Shown: in pieces, positions 1 to 13,330 of the stretch
Position numbering within the stretch: position 1 is the first letter of the stretch
Layout of the letters: every line of letters begins with the position of its first letter
NCBI RefSeq assembly: GCF_036321535.1
Contig: NC_087444.1
Location: forward strand, 24,864,001 to 24,928,000
Origin: Camelus dromedarius
Lineage: Eukaryota
Length of the DNA stretch: 64,000 nucleotides
Reading direction: 5' to 3'
The notes under the pieces: generated by a model
Told to the model about the DNA's origin: nothing
The model's input: only the letters and a program-made list of their open reading frames with translations
The model's database searches: none
Program-made: the position numbers and the translations under genes

Positions 1-129
1 GAATACAACAAGCATGGGCCCTGGGCTCATCAGGGTTGGGTGGGGAGGCCCTTCAGTACTCATTAGGTGCGGCAGGGACAGGTGCCCAGAGGACACGCAC
101 GATCATGGGGGCGGGGCACTAGTGCAGAG

Positions 130-310
130 TGTAAAGGGGGTCTGGGTGTCAGGAAGGACCTTCCTTGGGGAAGTGACTTTCCAGCCAGAACTTGAAGGGT
201 GATCATAAGTTAGCCAGGTGAGGACGTAAATGAAGAAAGTTCGAGGCAGAGGGAACAGCACCTGCTAAGGCTGTGTGTCTGAAAGGGGCTTGGTGCTACT
301 GGCAGGGGTC
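130..310 (-). mobile_element. L2 LINE fragment
   Basis: gtcaggaaggaccttcc...gaagtgac...cttgaagg...ggcagagggaacagc resembles the antisense L2 3' region. Confidence 0.6.
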
Positions 311-2329
311 ACACTGAGAATAGTCACAGGGTGGTTAGTTCTGGGGCTGAGTTTTAAAGTGTGGAAAAGAGTTATTTAAGTCACTGGGGTTGAGCTGGGT
401 TGAACCTGCAGGTGGGTCCCGGTGGCTTCCATAGGAAATCCCCAAAGAACACATGATTTTGAGGCTGGAATCCAGGTCAGCCTGACACCATCTGTCGCCA
501 CCTGAATTTGGAGGAGGTTGGACCCTGACGGGGCCAGTGGCTGTGAAATCCGCGCCACCCACCTGCTGAGGATGACCGACTCCACAGGTGTTTACAAGCC
601 AGTGCGCTTAGCGACTCTGCTGTGCTTGGTTATTTTCATTTATTGAACAGTATAAAAACCAGACATTTATTGGCCACAGACCATTTTTGCGTTCCTGCTA
701 CTCAAAAATGGGGCCGTTTTTTAAAAATGAAGTATTACCTGCTTGAAGTCTATAATAAAGACCAGGCCTCGTGGGTACTCACTGAATTATTAACATTAGA
801 AACTCTGCAGTTGAATCTGAGGCAGCAGAACTTTCCTCCCCAAGACGCTTTATTACATCTGCTCATCTTAACTTTTGACAGTCTGTCACATGAACTGCCA
901 GAAGATGGAAGCGTGAGCTTAAGTATGTAAATAATAGATGACTTGAAAAAATGGCAGGACCTGTTTGGACACGATCCATCAACAGGGATCAATTACCAAG
1001 GGCTGCTGACTCTCAGAAAATCACTTGAAAAATCACAGCACTTTCTGAGTGCAGCCTTTCTGCTGTTTCTCTACTAGCCCCGTGTTATAGGTAAGGATAT
1101 AGGAGAGCCAAGAGGTTGACTTTCTCAGGGTCGGTCAGCTCAAGGTCAGAGGCAGAAGCAGCACTCACCAGGCCCATCTGACTCTGAAGCCAGCTGGTAC
1201 CCATGGAAACACCAACAGCTGTAAGAATTACCCAGTCACGTTCCCCTCAGCCGGTGGCTGGCCTCTACACACACAATTTAGATCGATTTCTCTAATATCC
1301 AGCTGCACCAGCCAGTGATCGCGTCAGTATTTGTAAAATTTTACATCCCTTTACCCCTGACAAGGGGCTTTGGCAGTATTGTCATCCAATTCTCACAGGA
1401 GACTGTGGGGTAAGCTGTCTTCAGCCCGCATTTTAGTGTTGTTGTTGACACCATGAAGAGTCCCTGGCTATTAATACCAATATTAGCACAAGAATTCAGG
1501 GTTGTTTTTTTTTTTTTTTTGATTATTGGTTTTTCCATTTTTGTCTTGTTTTGTTTTTAACTTTGGAGAGCAAAGAGTACACTTTCTCTTGAGAGACTTC
1601 CCAGTCACACATGGGGGAATGATTAAAATGTAAAACTATAAAGCCTTCAAGCCAGAAGAGACCAAAGAGGATGAGAAATAATTCCTGAAAGCTACTACAG
1701 GAGGTGGCACGTGCAATAATTGAGACTTAATATGTGTCAGAAAAATGCTGGATTTCCATTAACATGGCCCAATGGTGAGATGGTATTTCCTACTTAGACA
1801 TGTTTATTGAATAAAAGAGAGTGTGTTGCTATAAAGCAGATGAATAGCAGAACAGGTACGAGACAGATTTGGCAAAAATCATGAAGGGGAAACTTAAAAA
1901 GTAGACCCTTGGGAGACAGTGGTTGAAACCTAAGAAGAGGGCTGTCCTGTGAAATCTCTCCTCAGCGGGTCTCCTTTTGAGGGATTTTTCTCACTTGGAT
2001 GAAGGCTCTGAGCTGGGTGGGGCTGCCAAGCTAGCCAAGCCCCTCCTGGCTCTGAAGTTGATAATATCACGTTCCTGCGAGCATTCCATGAAACCCTTAC
2101 AGAACAGTTTTACAGACTAGGAAGCTATAATCAAAATTGGCCATTGATACACTTCAGTAAAAAATAAGAATTAAAAAAATTGGCAATTAAGCAGCAAGCA
2201 TATACACTTTGGCAAAATTATATGCAAACAAGAGCATGGCTCTAACACCTTCATAAAGTGGACGCTTGTGACACCTAGACGTGATGATCTTTTCTTCAGC
2301 ACCTCATTCATGGTCTCCAAGACCAAATG

Positions 2330-2965
2330 CAGTCCACACACCTCCCACAGGGCAAACCCTCCTGCCCACTCTAGGAAACATCCAGGTGACCGCCATCCAG
2401 ATCAAGAAATAGAACATTCTCCACCCTGGCTGGTTCTCCCATTGCCATCCCTCCAAGGGAATCACTGTTCTGATGCCTGTTGCCATGGATCAGTTTTGCC
2501 TGTTCTTGAACTTCAAAGAGGTAGAATCGTACAGAATATACTCCTGTGTTTGGCTTCTTTTATTCAACATTCAGCCCAGAAATTTTACCCATGTTGTGTG
2601 TAGAGTAGTTCATTCTTTTTCATTACTGCCTACTTCACTTTTTCTGCCTAGCTACCTACCTTTCTACTATTAATGGACATTTCTGTTGTTTCCAATTTGG
2701 GGCCATTATAAAAAATATTGCTGAAACTATTATTGTGTTTTTGGTGAAGATAAGCTTTCCATTCTCTTTGGGGATATTTTAAGAGGATAAACTGCTGGAT
2801 TATAGGGTATACAGATATTTGGGTTTTAGTACATATTGCAAAACACTTCCAAAGTGACTCAATGTCCACCCCACCCGGCAATACACAAGATTCCCAGCCA
2901 TTCTGCATCCTTGTCAACACTTAGTGTTGTCAGTCCTTCCAATTTCAGCATTGGTTAATACTGGT
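2330..2965 (-). mobile_element. Old L1 (L1M-type) 3' fragment
   Basis: Typical antisense L1 3' text: ttttgcctgttcttgaactt, gtttggcttcttttattcaacat, ggacatt...tgtttccaatttgggg, ctgcatccttgtcaacactt. Confidence 0.8.
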
Positions 2966-3999
2966 ATCTTGAAGGTACCCAAGCCTAAGCCTCCAGACCG
3001 TGTCCCTTTTCCTGAACTTTGGACCTTTATTTGCTACTGCTTGCTGGCTGTTCTCACCTGAATTCTTTTGCTGTATCTTTCAAAGTCAACATTATCAGCT
3101 GAGGACTCATATCTCCTTTCTGACTATTTGTAAATCTTCCTCCATCTCCTAGCTCCAAGAAACTCCCTAGAAGCTGAAATCCTCGAAAATCCTGAATTTT
3201 GAGTTACTCTTGTTCTCCTGCCATTCAGATTTGGGGGACTGTATCTCTGTAGTGTTTGTATCGGGGTGCCTCTCTCTCCTCTCCCACCACCTCTGCTCTC
3301 CTTCAGCCTCCATTATCTCTTGCCTACACTATTTTATGTTCAAGGAAAGAGGTTTCTTGGAACACCTCTTTCCAGACATTTTAGAAATCGTTTTAATTCA
3401 TTTTCTAGGCAACTTCTCTGGCTCCTGATCAAAGGGTCTATAAACTAGTAACTGGATTAGTCTAATAGTCAAGGTATTACAGTTAAAGTGGCTAATTTTC
3501 TTTCTGTTAGCTCACTGAAAATTCCTTCAAATGAGGAACGTAAAATATGATATGAAATTCATTTTCATAGAAGTGTTTGGATTCTTTTTTGGAAGTTTTT
3601 GCTCTTTCCGTGGATTTGGAATATTACTGAGGCCACTCAGTAGTTCTTCTGGAGGCTCCAAAGTCTGCTTTGTGGCCACATGTTACAAACTGCCCCATAA
3701 AGGCCTTTGGTTATTACCAGGCTTTAACATTGGGCCTGAGAAACCTGTATTTCTGATCATGCCCTCCAAAGTCATCCTGCTTTGCTGAGGCAAGACAAGA
3801 CTCCTGGCATTTCTCTTTCCATCTCTAAGTAGAAACTATCTCTAACCTAACTAAATGACCTTGGATTTCCAATGTGTCCAATTTCTTTAAAACTCCATTC
3901 TCCATTTCCCCAGATTTGACAGGCTTCCAGGTCATGATTTGAGGACAATGGCAAAGTTCAGTGTCTCTGAGAACTGGGATCGCTTCTGGGACCTGGGAT

Positions 4000-4195
4000 C
4001 AACGAATCCTAACTCCAGTGTTACTAACTTGAGGTGTGGGGCTAGTCACTTCACTAGGGCTCAGTTTCCTCATCTTGAAAATGGAAGTGATAACTGTACC
4101 CACCTCTGAAGATTGCTGTGAAATTTGAATGGGACAATCTATGTAAACTGGCAGTCAGTGAGTACAACCGACAATTTGACTATTACTAGTATTAA
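4000..4195 (+). mobile_element. MIR SINE
   Basis: MIR core ctcagtttcctcatcttgaaaatggaagtgataa. Confidence 0.7.
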
Positions 4196-4399
4196 TGCTA
4201 AAAGAAAGCCTCCAAACTGTTCATTTTCTCCATTTATATATTACTTTGTTTCCAACCATCTTGTCATAGACTCTCAGAAATTCTCTCTCCTCTGAGTTCT
4301 GCCCTTCGGATCCATCTTCAAGCCTCTCAACCAATTTGCCCTGTTTCCCAGGCTCCAACTGCAAAAAACAGAGTACCTTCCTGGCAACGACCCATGTGC

Positions 4400-4746
4400 C
4401 CTCTCACATTTCTCACCCCATTTCAGTTATCTGCAGTCACATGACTCCTCTTAGCCCACAGGAAGCATCACTTCCAGGTTGATGCATTTAAGAGCAGGCA
4501 TCCAATAGCTTGGCTCTTTCATCCTCCACTGCAGCAGCAAAAGAGGTCACGGGACTCACCCAGTACGAGTTTGCAGAGCCTCTGTAGCCTGGGTCCACTG
4601 ACAACTCTGTGGAGTGCAGCTCTCCAGCAGATCCATGGTAGACACATAGTTTGAGCAAGAAAGAACCTTTGTTGTGTTATAGTTACTAAAGTGCTGGAGT
4701 TAACTTGTTACTGCAGCCTGACCTAGTCTAGCCCTGACTAAAACAC
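4400..4746 (+). mobile_element. MLT1 (MaLR) solo LTR, old subfamily
   Basis: 3' end ttgttactgcagcctgacctagtctagccctgactaaaca and internal cacttccagg...gcatttaagagc. Confidence 0.7.
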
Positions 4747-5164
4747 CAACTTTGCTTTTAGATGGACAATCTGTTAATGAGCCTCTATTGGCCATCCGAC
4801 ATTCATGAACTGTCCTGGAGGGATTTTCAGGTTGAACAGAGCCCACCCTCCGAGGGCCCTCTCAGAGCCCCCTTCCTGAGCATCTTTTAATGCTAGAACT
4901 GGTTTGCCCAGTGAAAGATTTGGTCACAGCCAAAGACCCTGAAGAGTTTTTCTGGAGTCAGTAAGAGATTCTAGGAATTCATCTCACTTTCCCCTTTGCC
5001 AGGATTACTAGACACTCATTCAGGAAAACATGGTAGTCAACGTATCTAGACTTCTTTCAATTCTTTAAATATCCCAGCAACTTCTTATATTCATTGGTCC
5101 CTTTATCTGTAGTTTTTGTGCTCCAATCTCTACCCGTCCCTTTACCTCCTCTTCTAACTAACGA

Positions 5165-5425
5165 TCTCCAAGTCTCAAAATAAGTGCTACTTCCCCCAGG
5201 AAGCCTTCCTTGATTCCCCCAAATAGTGAGGATTCATCTGTTGCATACTCCCAAACTTGCCCTGGGTAATACTCAGAGCATTTGAATTTCTTGTTTAATG
5301 TCTTCTCTGCTAAACTGTAAATTCTGTGATAATGGAGCTGCAGCTGGCTTATTTACCACTATATTATTATTTCCAAATTCTGCACCTGGAAGAGAATAGG
5401 TGCTCAAAAATTATCTGTTGATCCA
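5165..5425 (+). mobile_element. L2 LINE 3' end
   Basis: aggaagccttccttgatt...aactgtaaattctgtga...taggtgctcaaaaattatctgttga. Confidence 0.7.
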
Positions 5426-7026
5426 TAAAAATTAGCTGTCTTTATAAGAAAGAGGGAGAACAATTCAGAGAGCTATCCTACCCCCTACCCCAGCACGAGT
5501 AAGCCAGCTCTCACATTAAAATCTCTTATCTAAAATGAGATGACTCTCCTTTGAGAGAGCCTATAACTCGTCGTACTGTAAAGAATTGTTTCCCACAAAT
5601 TGCTTTCTGCAAAGTTTAGTTCCATTTTGAAAATGTGAAATAAAATCAGATCCTTGGCTTCTTGATTCTGCCTCATACATTAGCTTACTGTGAGGCTGGG
5701 ATGATTTTTATGGGCTAGAAATTAGTGGAGTAGTCACACAGAGAAATGCCATGCAAGCCTGGCTCATGATCTCAGAATTATAGAGACTTCTCCCGACTCT
5801 GAGGATACAAGAACCTCAACAGAGCCACATTCTCCAGACAGTCTCGGTGTCAAGTTGTTTTGGCTTTCCATTCTTTAGCACCACAAAAGAAAATTTCTAA
5901 CAGTGGAAAACACTTGAGGAAAGTTTCTACCCACTCTTCTGAGCCAACAAGTGACAGGAGATATCCAAGAACAGCCCTTCCTGTTACACACTTTCATGGC
6001 ACAGAACAGCTCCTACATACTCTTGGATGAAAACCAAGTTTTCAAAGAAACCACTAGAAGCAAGTTTTGGATTAATTTTCTGGGTTGGACTATAAATAGA
6101 AGCAACTCATCTAATATAAAGAAATGGATAATGAGATTTATACCCACATATATCAGCTTTTCATTATTTTTTTTCTGGTATACACATACACATACTTTTT
6201 AAAAATATTACGGAAGAGTATATTATAAAAAGTAAGTTATTGATTTAATTTATTTCTAAACAAAATGAATACTTCACCTGGTGTTTTTTTCACTCCTTCA
6301 TGCACTCAACTAAATATTGTGGCTTTTGGAAAAAGAATGAGTTGCTTTTTTTTTTTTAACCTGCATATAAAACCTCAGTTCTCATATTTTGGTAATATCT
6401 CTGTTTGACATCTAAGAAATTCTAAGTATTTGAGAAAATTTGCATTGCTTTTTAACATTGAAAACTTTGACAGTTGGGGTAATTTTCTAGTCATTCACCC
6501 CAGTGAATCTAAACTGGTATCTTGCTCTAGCTTGCAACAAGGGAAATTACAATACAGTGTAAGTTTTCTCCCCTGATTATAGAACCGTTCTTCAATTGTC
6601 ACTGAGAAGACCAAACATATGCAGACATTTGAAATAAGAATGACTCCTGACTGTTTATTACTGCTTGTTAACTCTTCCTAAGTCCATAAAACGACAGTAA
6701 CTCCGAAGTTACTGCAGAGAAAAGAGCAACACTTAAATGGAAAATGCCGTGTAAATGAATTTTGAAGTGGCTGTTTCAAAGCTTCCAGAATCTAATCAAA
6801 GAGGTTCAAAGTTGGTTAGGAGAATCCTTAAAAGTAATCCGACCCAACACCAAGATGAGCTCTGAGTCCTCATGTATAAATGTGTTAATTCTTTGGAAAA
6901 GAGAGCCCAGAAACTTGAAATGACTCACCCAAAGCCCTCCCCAGCTGCTCTGGACACCAGTGGGCTCAGTGACCCTAGGCAGGAGACAACTTCTCTCAGC
7001 CCCCATTTCTACATGTGCACCGGGGG

Positions 7027-7450
7027 TGTATGAGGGTCCTGGTGCTGCTGTAACAAAGTACCCCAAACTGGGTGACTGAAACAACAGACTTTCTCTTGCA
7101 GCTCTGAAAGTCAAGAGCCCAAAACCAAGTTGTCAGCAAGGTTGGTTCCTTTTGGAGGTTCTGAGGGAGAGTCTGTTCCAGGCTTCTCTCCCAGCTTCTG
7201 GTGGTTCACTGGTGCCCAGATCTTCAGACATTACCCCAGTCTCTGCTTTCATATTCAGATGTCTTCTTCCTGGGTCTTCTGTGTGTCTTTCCTCTTCTTT
7301 TAAAGATGCCACCAGTCATGTTGGATTTCAGTCCTCCTCTGATCCAATATGACCTCATCCTAACACATTTGCAAAGACCCTCTTTCCAGGTAAGGTCACA
7401 TTCTGAGGTCCTGGGGGGACATGAATTTTTATGGGACACTATTCAACCTG
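7027..7450 (-). mobile_element. MLT1 (MaLR) solo LTR
   Basis: gctgctgtaacaaagtaccccaaactgggtgact...tttccaggtaaggtcacattctgagg...ggacactattcaacc. Confidence 0.85.
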
Positions 7451-8341
7451 GTAGGGAGAGTGATAACGACACCTACTGCAGAGGGGTGGGGAGCACTGAA
7501 TGTATGTAAAGGACTCCAGGGAACACAGGGCAGCACCTGCCACAAAGTACAAGCACAGTAAATGTTGGCCATGTTAGTAATTGACTCTAAGCCCAGGTCA
7601 TATCCCTGCATAGCACACAAGATATTTTCATTGTCATGTCAATGTTTTCAGCTTCTAGTAACAAACTTTTAACCTCTGAGACAGTTCCTGTTGGATGTAT
7701 GAGCTGACTTTTTGCCCAAAACCCCCTCTTACCTTTTCTGTCCTTTCCTTCCCTATTCTTTAATCTAAGTCATTATCAACTATTTAGAGCCTGGAGAAGG
7801 GCTGGCAAAAACCTGATCTGGAACCTGCTTCATGGTGGTGTTGGTCTCTGAACCTGATAGAGGAGAAGTTTGTCTTGTGTTTTTTGGAGAAATTTCCTGG
7901 GGACACAACTGCCACTGATCAGTCTGTAAAGTGGGTCTCATACTCTGGAGCAAGCAGCATTTCTGGTGCTCTGTTGCCATTATTCCCCGACCCCCAACCC
8001 CGGGCACCCCAGGGGCAGGGTCTGAGTGACAGGCTGTGGGATTCAGGTCAGACGCAGACCTGACCATTTCTCTTTGCTTGATGCTTTGCAACCTGGGATA
8101 AAAGTAAATCCAACCCAACTTACGATGTTTTGAAATCCATTTCCAGTGGTACTAGTAGGCATTATAGGCTCAAAGAGAATTCTTGAATTGTTTTGCCAGC
8201 CTAATCCTGGGGCTTAACATGAGGTTCAAGCGAAAGAGATCTTGGCTTTTCTTTCTATCCCGTATTTTTGTCCACTCTGAAATATTTCCTGGATTTAGCT
8301 GATTTTTCAGGATCAGTGTTACAAACCTCACGGGGTTTGAT

Positions 8342-8520
8342 CAGCAGTCCTCAATGTTAGTGTGGACTGGTGTCACTGAGATGGTTTGTTGAAAACACAG
8401 AGTGTGGGTCTCCCCCGACAGAGGTTCTGCTTCAGGAGGTCCGGGTGGGGCCAGAGAGTCTGTTTTTCTAACGGGTCCCCAGGTGATGCCGATCTTCCTG
8501 GTACACACTTGAGAACAGTC
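8342..8520. mobile_element. MER5A-like hAT-Charlie DNA transposon (MITE)
   Basis: cagcagtcctcaa...ggtccgggtggggccagaga...tttctaacgggtccccaggtgatgc...acacttgagaacagt. Confidence 0.75.
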
Positions 8521-8604
8521 CAGATCAACCGTCTTCCAGCAATGCTCAAGGGGAACATTTCTCCCCCAAGTATTTCCTTTTTTGAAAAAGTAGTTTTCAG
8601 CGCT

Positions 8605-8790
8605 CCTACCTAACATTTACTGAGGGCTGGCCGTGTCCTGGGACCACTCACCAGGCAGCTTCCCCACGAGGTGGGTGTTTTTATCACCCCCTTTGAGGGC
8701 ATGAGAGGTTGAGAGGTTAAGCAGCCTGCCCAGACCCTGACACTAGGGAGGGATGGGCCCAGAGCCGGGGTCCTTAGCAACCACTGGCAT
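8605..8790 (-). mobile_element. MIR SINE
   Basis: taacatttactgag...gagaggttaagcagcctgccca. Confidence 0.6.
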
Positions 8791-9062
8791 TGGGCTAATT
8801 TTTACTGTACATTCAGGCTCTGCTGGCAGTATTCTAGGCATCCTAGCTCAACCCCTTCCTCTTTTATTTCAGCCTTTATTCTTCATTCTGTCTCCTAGGG
8901 CTGTTGAAATCTTTTCTTCTTCTTCCTAACTTAAGTTATATGATGATCATATCTGAATTTTTATTGCTCTCTAGCAACAGAAGCACAATGAATTTGTTTA
9001 TATGATTCCATTTACCCAGTTGTATCTACTCTGAGATTATGCGCTGCCTCCGTCTACATGAC

Positions 9063-9135
9063 TGTGTGTGTGCACGTGTGTGAATGAATATGGATATGTA
9101 ATCGTGTGTGTGTGCACGTGTGTTGAGTGAGTGTA
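9063..9135. repeat. Compound (TG)n repeat with a duplicated gtgtgtgtgcacgtgtgt unit
   Basis: Directly visible. Confidence 0.8.
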
Positions 9136-10234
9136 GAAAACATCCTTTCTATCATGAGAAGAAGGTAATAATGACATTAGAAAATTAAGCAAAGTACAAA
9201 CTTAGCCTTTTGACAGTCCTCAAAGTTTGTGTGTGTGGGGGGCTTTTATGTGAAATTTCAAAGCCTGGGAACCACCAATTCTCAGAAAGATCTTTGATGT
9301 ATGTAACTGTTTTCATGTAGTTCTCTGAACTTGACTATTCCAAGACACACAAGCACACACACACGGACACCCACCATATTTCAAACTAACCATTTACACA
9401 GGTGGGTGGAAGAAAGCATGCTATTTGGGTTAGGAAGTCTGGTTCTTTCTAAAGTAGGTGGACAAGCACCCCAAGCACATGTTGGAAAGGAAACCCTGGT
9501 GGTGAGGACCTCAGCTTCTAGTTCTGCACCTTTGGGGCTCACTCTCTCCATGGAAGAATTCTGGGCAGATTCCACTACTGTGGTCCTTCTCTCTTAAAAT
9601 TCCTGACTCCCAGGGTAACTGTTAGCAGCCAAGGTACCTCTAATTTCCTGATAACATTTTGAGAAGCGGAAACTTGCCAAAGAAAGTTACTCTTTCAATG
9701 ATGTGTTGTGTATTTTTAATATTCCATTAGACTTTGCCCACTTATCTCTGTAATTTCAAATTGTACTGTATCATTTTGGGGTTGCAAAAGGATTTTCACA
9801 GGCAAGTTAAGTCCAATTATGAGATGGTGTGTTTATCAGTTTCCTCAAAATGTCACCTAAATTCATATTTCATATTGTAATATCTGTGCTGCGTTCTCTC
9901 TCCATCTTGGAAAGGAAAAAATTACACACGTCCAACTATCACTTCTAATAGGAATAAAAAATGTTCTCCACTTTATCTATTCAAAACCAATATCCCTAAA
10001 GAATTTTAATATCTCACTCTTTTTCTTTTATTTCTTACAAAACAGCCCCAGGAGAAACCTGTCCATCACATCTCAGCCATCTATTCAGAGGGCTACTGGG
10101 CTGAATTGAGAAATCAAATCCCACTTGTAAAACAAAGCAAAGACACTTTAAAAAAATCCTTTAGTCGAGTTGATGATAGACATGCAGGAGATGTGCCCAG
10201 AATCCTACCAGGCCTCCACTATCTGGCCAGGTTC

Positions 10235-10435
10235 CCGCCACCCTCCGCCTACAAGCTGTGTGACCCTGGGCAAGTTACCTACCTCTCTGAGCTTAGTGTC
10301 CTCATGTGCACTATGAAGAAAATAATGGTCCTCCAATCTCAGAGAGTGTAAGAATTGAATGAGAATTCATGGGAAGTATTTAGCCCAATGACTGGCTCAT
10401 ACTGAATCTTCAATAAAAGGTAGTTCTATTATTAG
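10235..10435 (+). mobile_element. MIR SINE
   Basis: gctgtgtgaccctgggcaagttacctacctctctgagcttagtgtcctcat. Confidence 0.8.
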
Positions 10436-10589
10436 TACTAAGTTTTATTGCCAGATCAGGACTTTTTGATAACTTAAGTTGTTTTACTTCCTTTGATGTC
10501 CTACTCTTTGCCTTTATATGTTCTTTTCTCTTTGCCAGGAACAGTCTTCCTCCCTCTCTTATCAGAAACCTTCTTCTTCCTCTCTAAGT

Positions 10590-10798
10590 CAGGGATCAGC
10601 AAAATATGGCCCACCACCTGCTTTTGTCAATAAAGTTTTGTTGGAGCACAGCCATGCTCATTTATTTATGCCATGCTGTCTATAGCTATTTTTGTGCTAT
10701 AATGGCAAAGTTTAGAAGTTGCAACAGAGACCACCTTGCCCACAAAACCTAAAAGATTTACTATATAGCCTTTCACAGAGAAAGTTTACAGATCACTG
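10590..10798. mobile_element. MER58-like hAT-Charlie DNA transposon with 8-bp target-site duplication
   Basis: cagggatcagcaaa...aataaagttttgttggagcacagccatgctcattt...aaagtttacagatcactg, flanked by ctctaagt (10582-10589) and ctctaaat (10799-10806). Confidence 0.85.
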
Positions 10799-11384
10799 CT
10801 CTAAATCCCCAGCTCAAGTCATCCCATTCCGGGCCATCTTCCCCAGTCCTCTGAGACAAAGTTACTTCTCTGGCCATGCAAGTCCGTGGTCCCACATATT
10901 ACTTTGCTGTAAAGAATCATCTCCATGCCTGCCTCCTTGCTACACTGTATGAATACCAGGCAGGTGGGCATCAGCTCTCATATGTTTGAAACTCCAGGCT
11001 AGGAAAGCACAGACCTTCAGAGAAGGCAGACCCTGAGGGGTGGGGGAGAGGATGTTTGCATGGACGGACTCTGGAATCTCAGCTTCTGGTAGAGATCTGA
11101 GAAGGGAGGACAGAGGGCTTTTGTGATACGTGCATACTACACACCTCCTCCTGGTGCTCAAACACAGACAATTTTACACGCATCTGTGCACACAGTTCTG
11201 CACACGCATACATGACTTTGCACATGCCCTGAACTCCAAGCACCTGTTAGCAGCACTGCAACATACATAAGCAGACAGATCAGGTGGGCCTTCACACCTC
11301 AGCCCCACAAGGTGCCTGTGCCTGTGCCTGTTGTAAGACATGTGAAATACAGAGACCAGAAGGAAAGCCGGGATCCAGCTGGCT

Positions 11385-11850
11385 TTCTGATTTCATTTTG
11401 TTCTCCTAGAAGCAGACCTCAAGACAACAGCTCATTGTGCAAACAGCTTATTCAGGAGGTGATCCCAAGAAGCACAGTGAGGGAGTAGAAGTGAGACAGA
11501 AAATGGAAAAAAAACCCCAATACATGGAGTGGTAATGAACAGGGTTATTGCTGTGGGCAGTTGGAGTTCAATCCCACAGAGGTCACCTGGGAGACTGGGT
11601 AGAACACATCTCAGAGCTGTCCTACTCAAAGGGCGAGGAAAGGATATTTATCTTCCAAATCTCATCTCTCAAGGGTTGTTGGTTGCTCTTTGAACATGAA
11701 CTCCCCAAGCAGACTGAGCACATTCCTGTGGGGAGAGGAAGACCCAAGGATGACAGCTGCAGGTATTAAGAAGCCAACAGCTTGCATGGGGATGGTGAAT
11801 GCTAGGGCATTGCCACATTGTCTAAGCCAAGAATCAGAGGGCTGATGCCA
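11385..11850 (-). mobile_element. ERVL-class solo LTR (LTR16/LTR33-like)
   Basis: agaagcagacctcaagaca...ttattcaggaggtgatcccaagaagcacagtgagggagt...gaagtgagacag. Confidence 0.6.
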
Positions 11851-12409
11851 CCACCATATTGCATAAGCAGGTTGATCCCTAGTTTTCCCTTTCATCTTCT
11901 CACTCTCCCCTTCAGAATCCCAGTGAGTAAGCTGTTGAGCCAGGGACACCAAAATGAAATTATTGCCCTAATTCAGAAGACTACATTTTCTAGGCAAAAA
12001 TTATTTTTAAATTAAGTGATATTTAAATTAAGGGATAAGTGATCAAGTGATAAGACTCTTGGTCAATTTTTATCCAAAAACAAGGATGCTTGGGCACATT
12101 CCATTAGACAGTATTAGGCAATTCAGAGAGCTATGTCAACGGGCAGGGTGGCATTAGATAACAAAAGTCTAGCTCTGTTAAGCATTCCAACTGCCTTTGG
12201 AAATGTTTTCTTGGTTCTTTAATTCGCTTCCAAAGAAGCAACCAATTAATCATTATTCTACTGTTAAAAATGGGATTAGGAGTATGAACTGGTTAATTCT
12301 GCTTCTAAACCCCTTTAAAGCACTTAGTCTTTCTAATGAAAAATGCTTTGAAAATACCATTGGCTTCAAATGTATTTGACTTAAAATTCACCACACTCCT
12401 ATACATACT

Positions 12410-13330
12410 TTTCACTGATTCATTCAACCATCTTCTGAGTCCCTGTTAGGAACAATACTTCTTTGAATTAATGACTATGTTGTAAACCTTCTCAGGATGC
12501 CCAGAACTGACACAGGAGAAATACTATAATCAAAACATTGTTTTTCCTGTGATTAATTGCATTAATAGGATGATATATAATCATGTGTGAAATTGAAGAG
12601 GGAGCAATCAGCTTAGTCAAGGAAGAATGGGAAGGCTCCATAGAGGAGATACTCAAACCAGATCTGGAAAGGTAACAGAGAAATGAGCAACAATGTTAGC
12701 AGAGGAAACAGCATAGGTGTAATGGTTATCTACTGCTGCATAACAAATTACCCCAAACTTGGTGCTTTAAAGCAATGATAAACATTTATTATCTTACACC
12801 ATATCTGTGGGTTAGGAGTTTAGAAGCTGCTTAGGTGGGTGATTCTGGTTCACTGTCTAAGTGCTTGACTGAGGCTAGAGGATCTGCTTCCAAGATGGCT
12901 CAGTCACATTGCTCATGAGTGGGTTCTGGCTGTTGGTAGGTGGCCTCAGTTAGTTGCTATGTGGCTCTCTCCATGGGGCTACTTAAGTGTCCTCACAACA
13001 TAGCAGCTGGATTTCCCCGTAGCAAGAAAGAACAAGAATAATCAATGCTTGGAAGTCATACAATATCATTTCTGCTAGATCCTACTGGTTACACAGGTCA
13101 TCCCTCTTCAGTTTGAGAGGGAGCTACCTAAAAGCACAGCTACCAGGAGGTGGGGATCAGTGGGGGCCATCTTGGAGGCTGGGTGCCATAATCTGCAAAA
13201 CTAAGAAGTGCATCATCTTACAGGGAAGGGGAAAATGTTGACGTCATCAGAATGTAGGATAAGTTAGGGAAAGAATAGCAGGAGATAAAGTCAGAAAGCT
13301 CAAGTCAGACTGTGGTTTATACCAAGGAGG
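12410..13330 (-). mobile_element. L2 fragment interrupted by an MLT1 LTR
   Basis: L2-like text (ttcattcaacca..., ggaaggctccatagaggag, gcagaggaaacagcata) on both sides of the LTR. Confidence 0.55.
12718..13190 (-). mobile_element. MLT1 (MaLR) solo LTR
   Basis: tgtaatggttatctactgctgcataacaaattaccccaaactt...acatttattatc...ggggccatcttggaggct. Confidence 0.85.

Noticed and set aside
13239..13246. Perfect CRE palindrome TGACGTCA and scattered AP-1 TGAGTCA sites
   Set aside because: These are isolated short motifs expected by chance in 64 kb, and the CRE sits in decayed L2 sequence.
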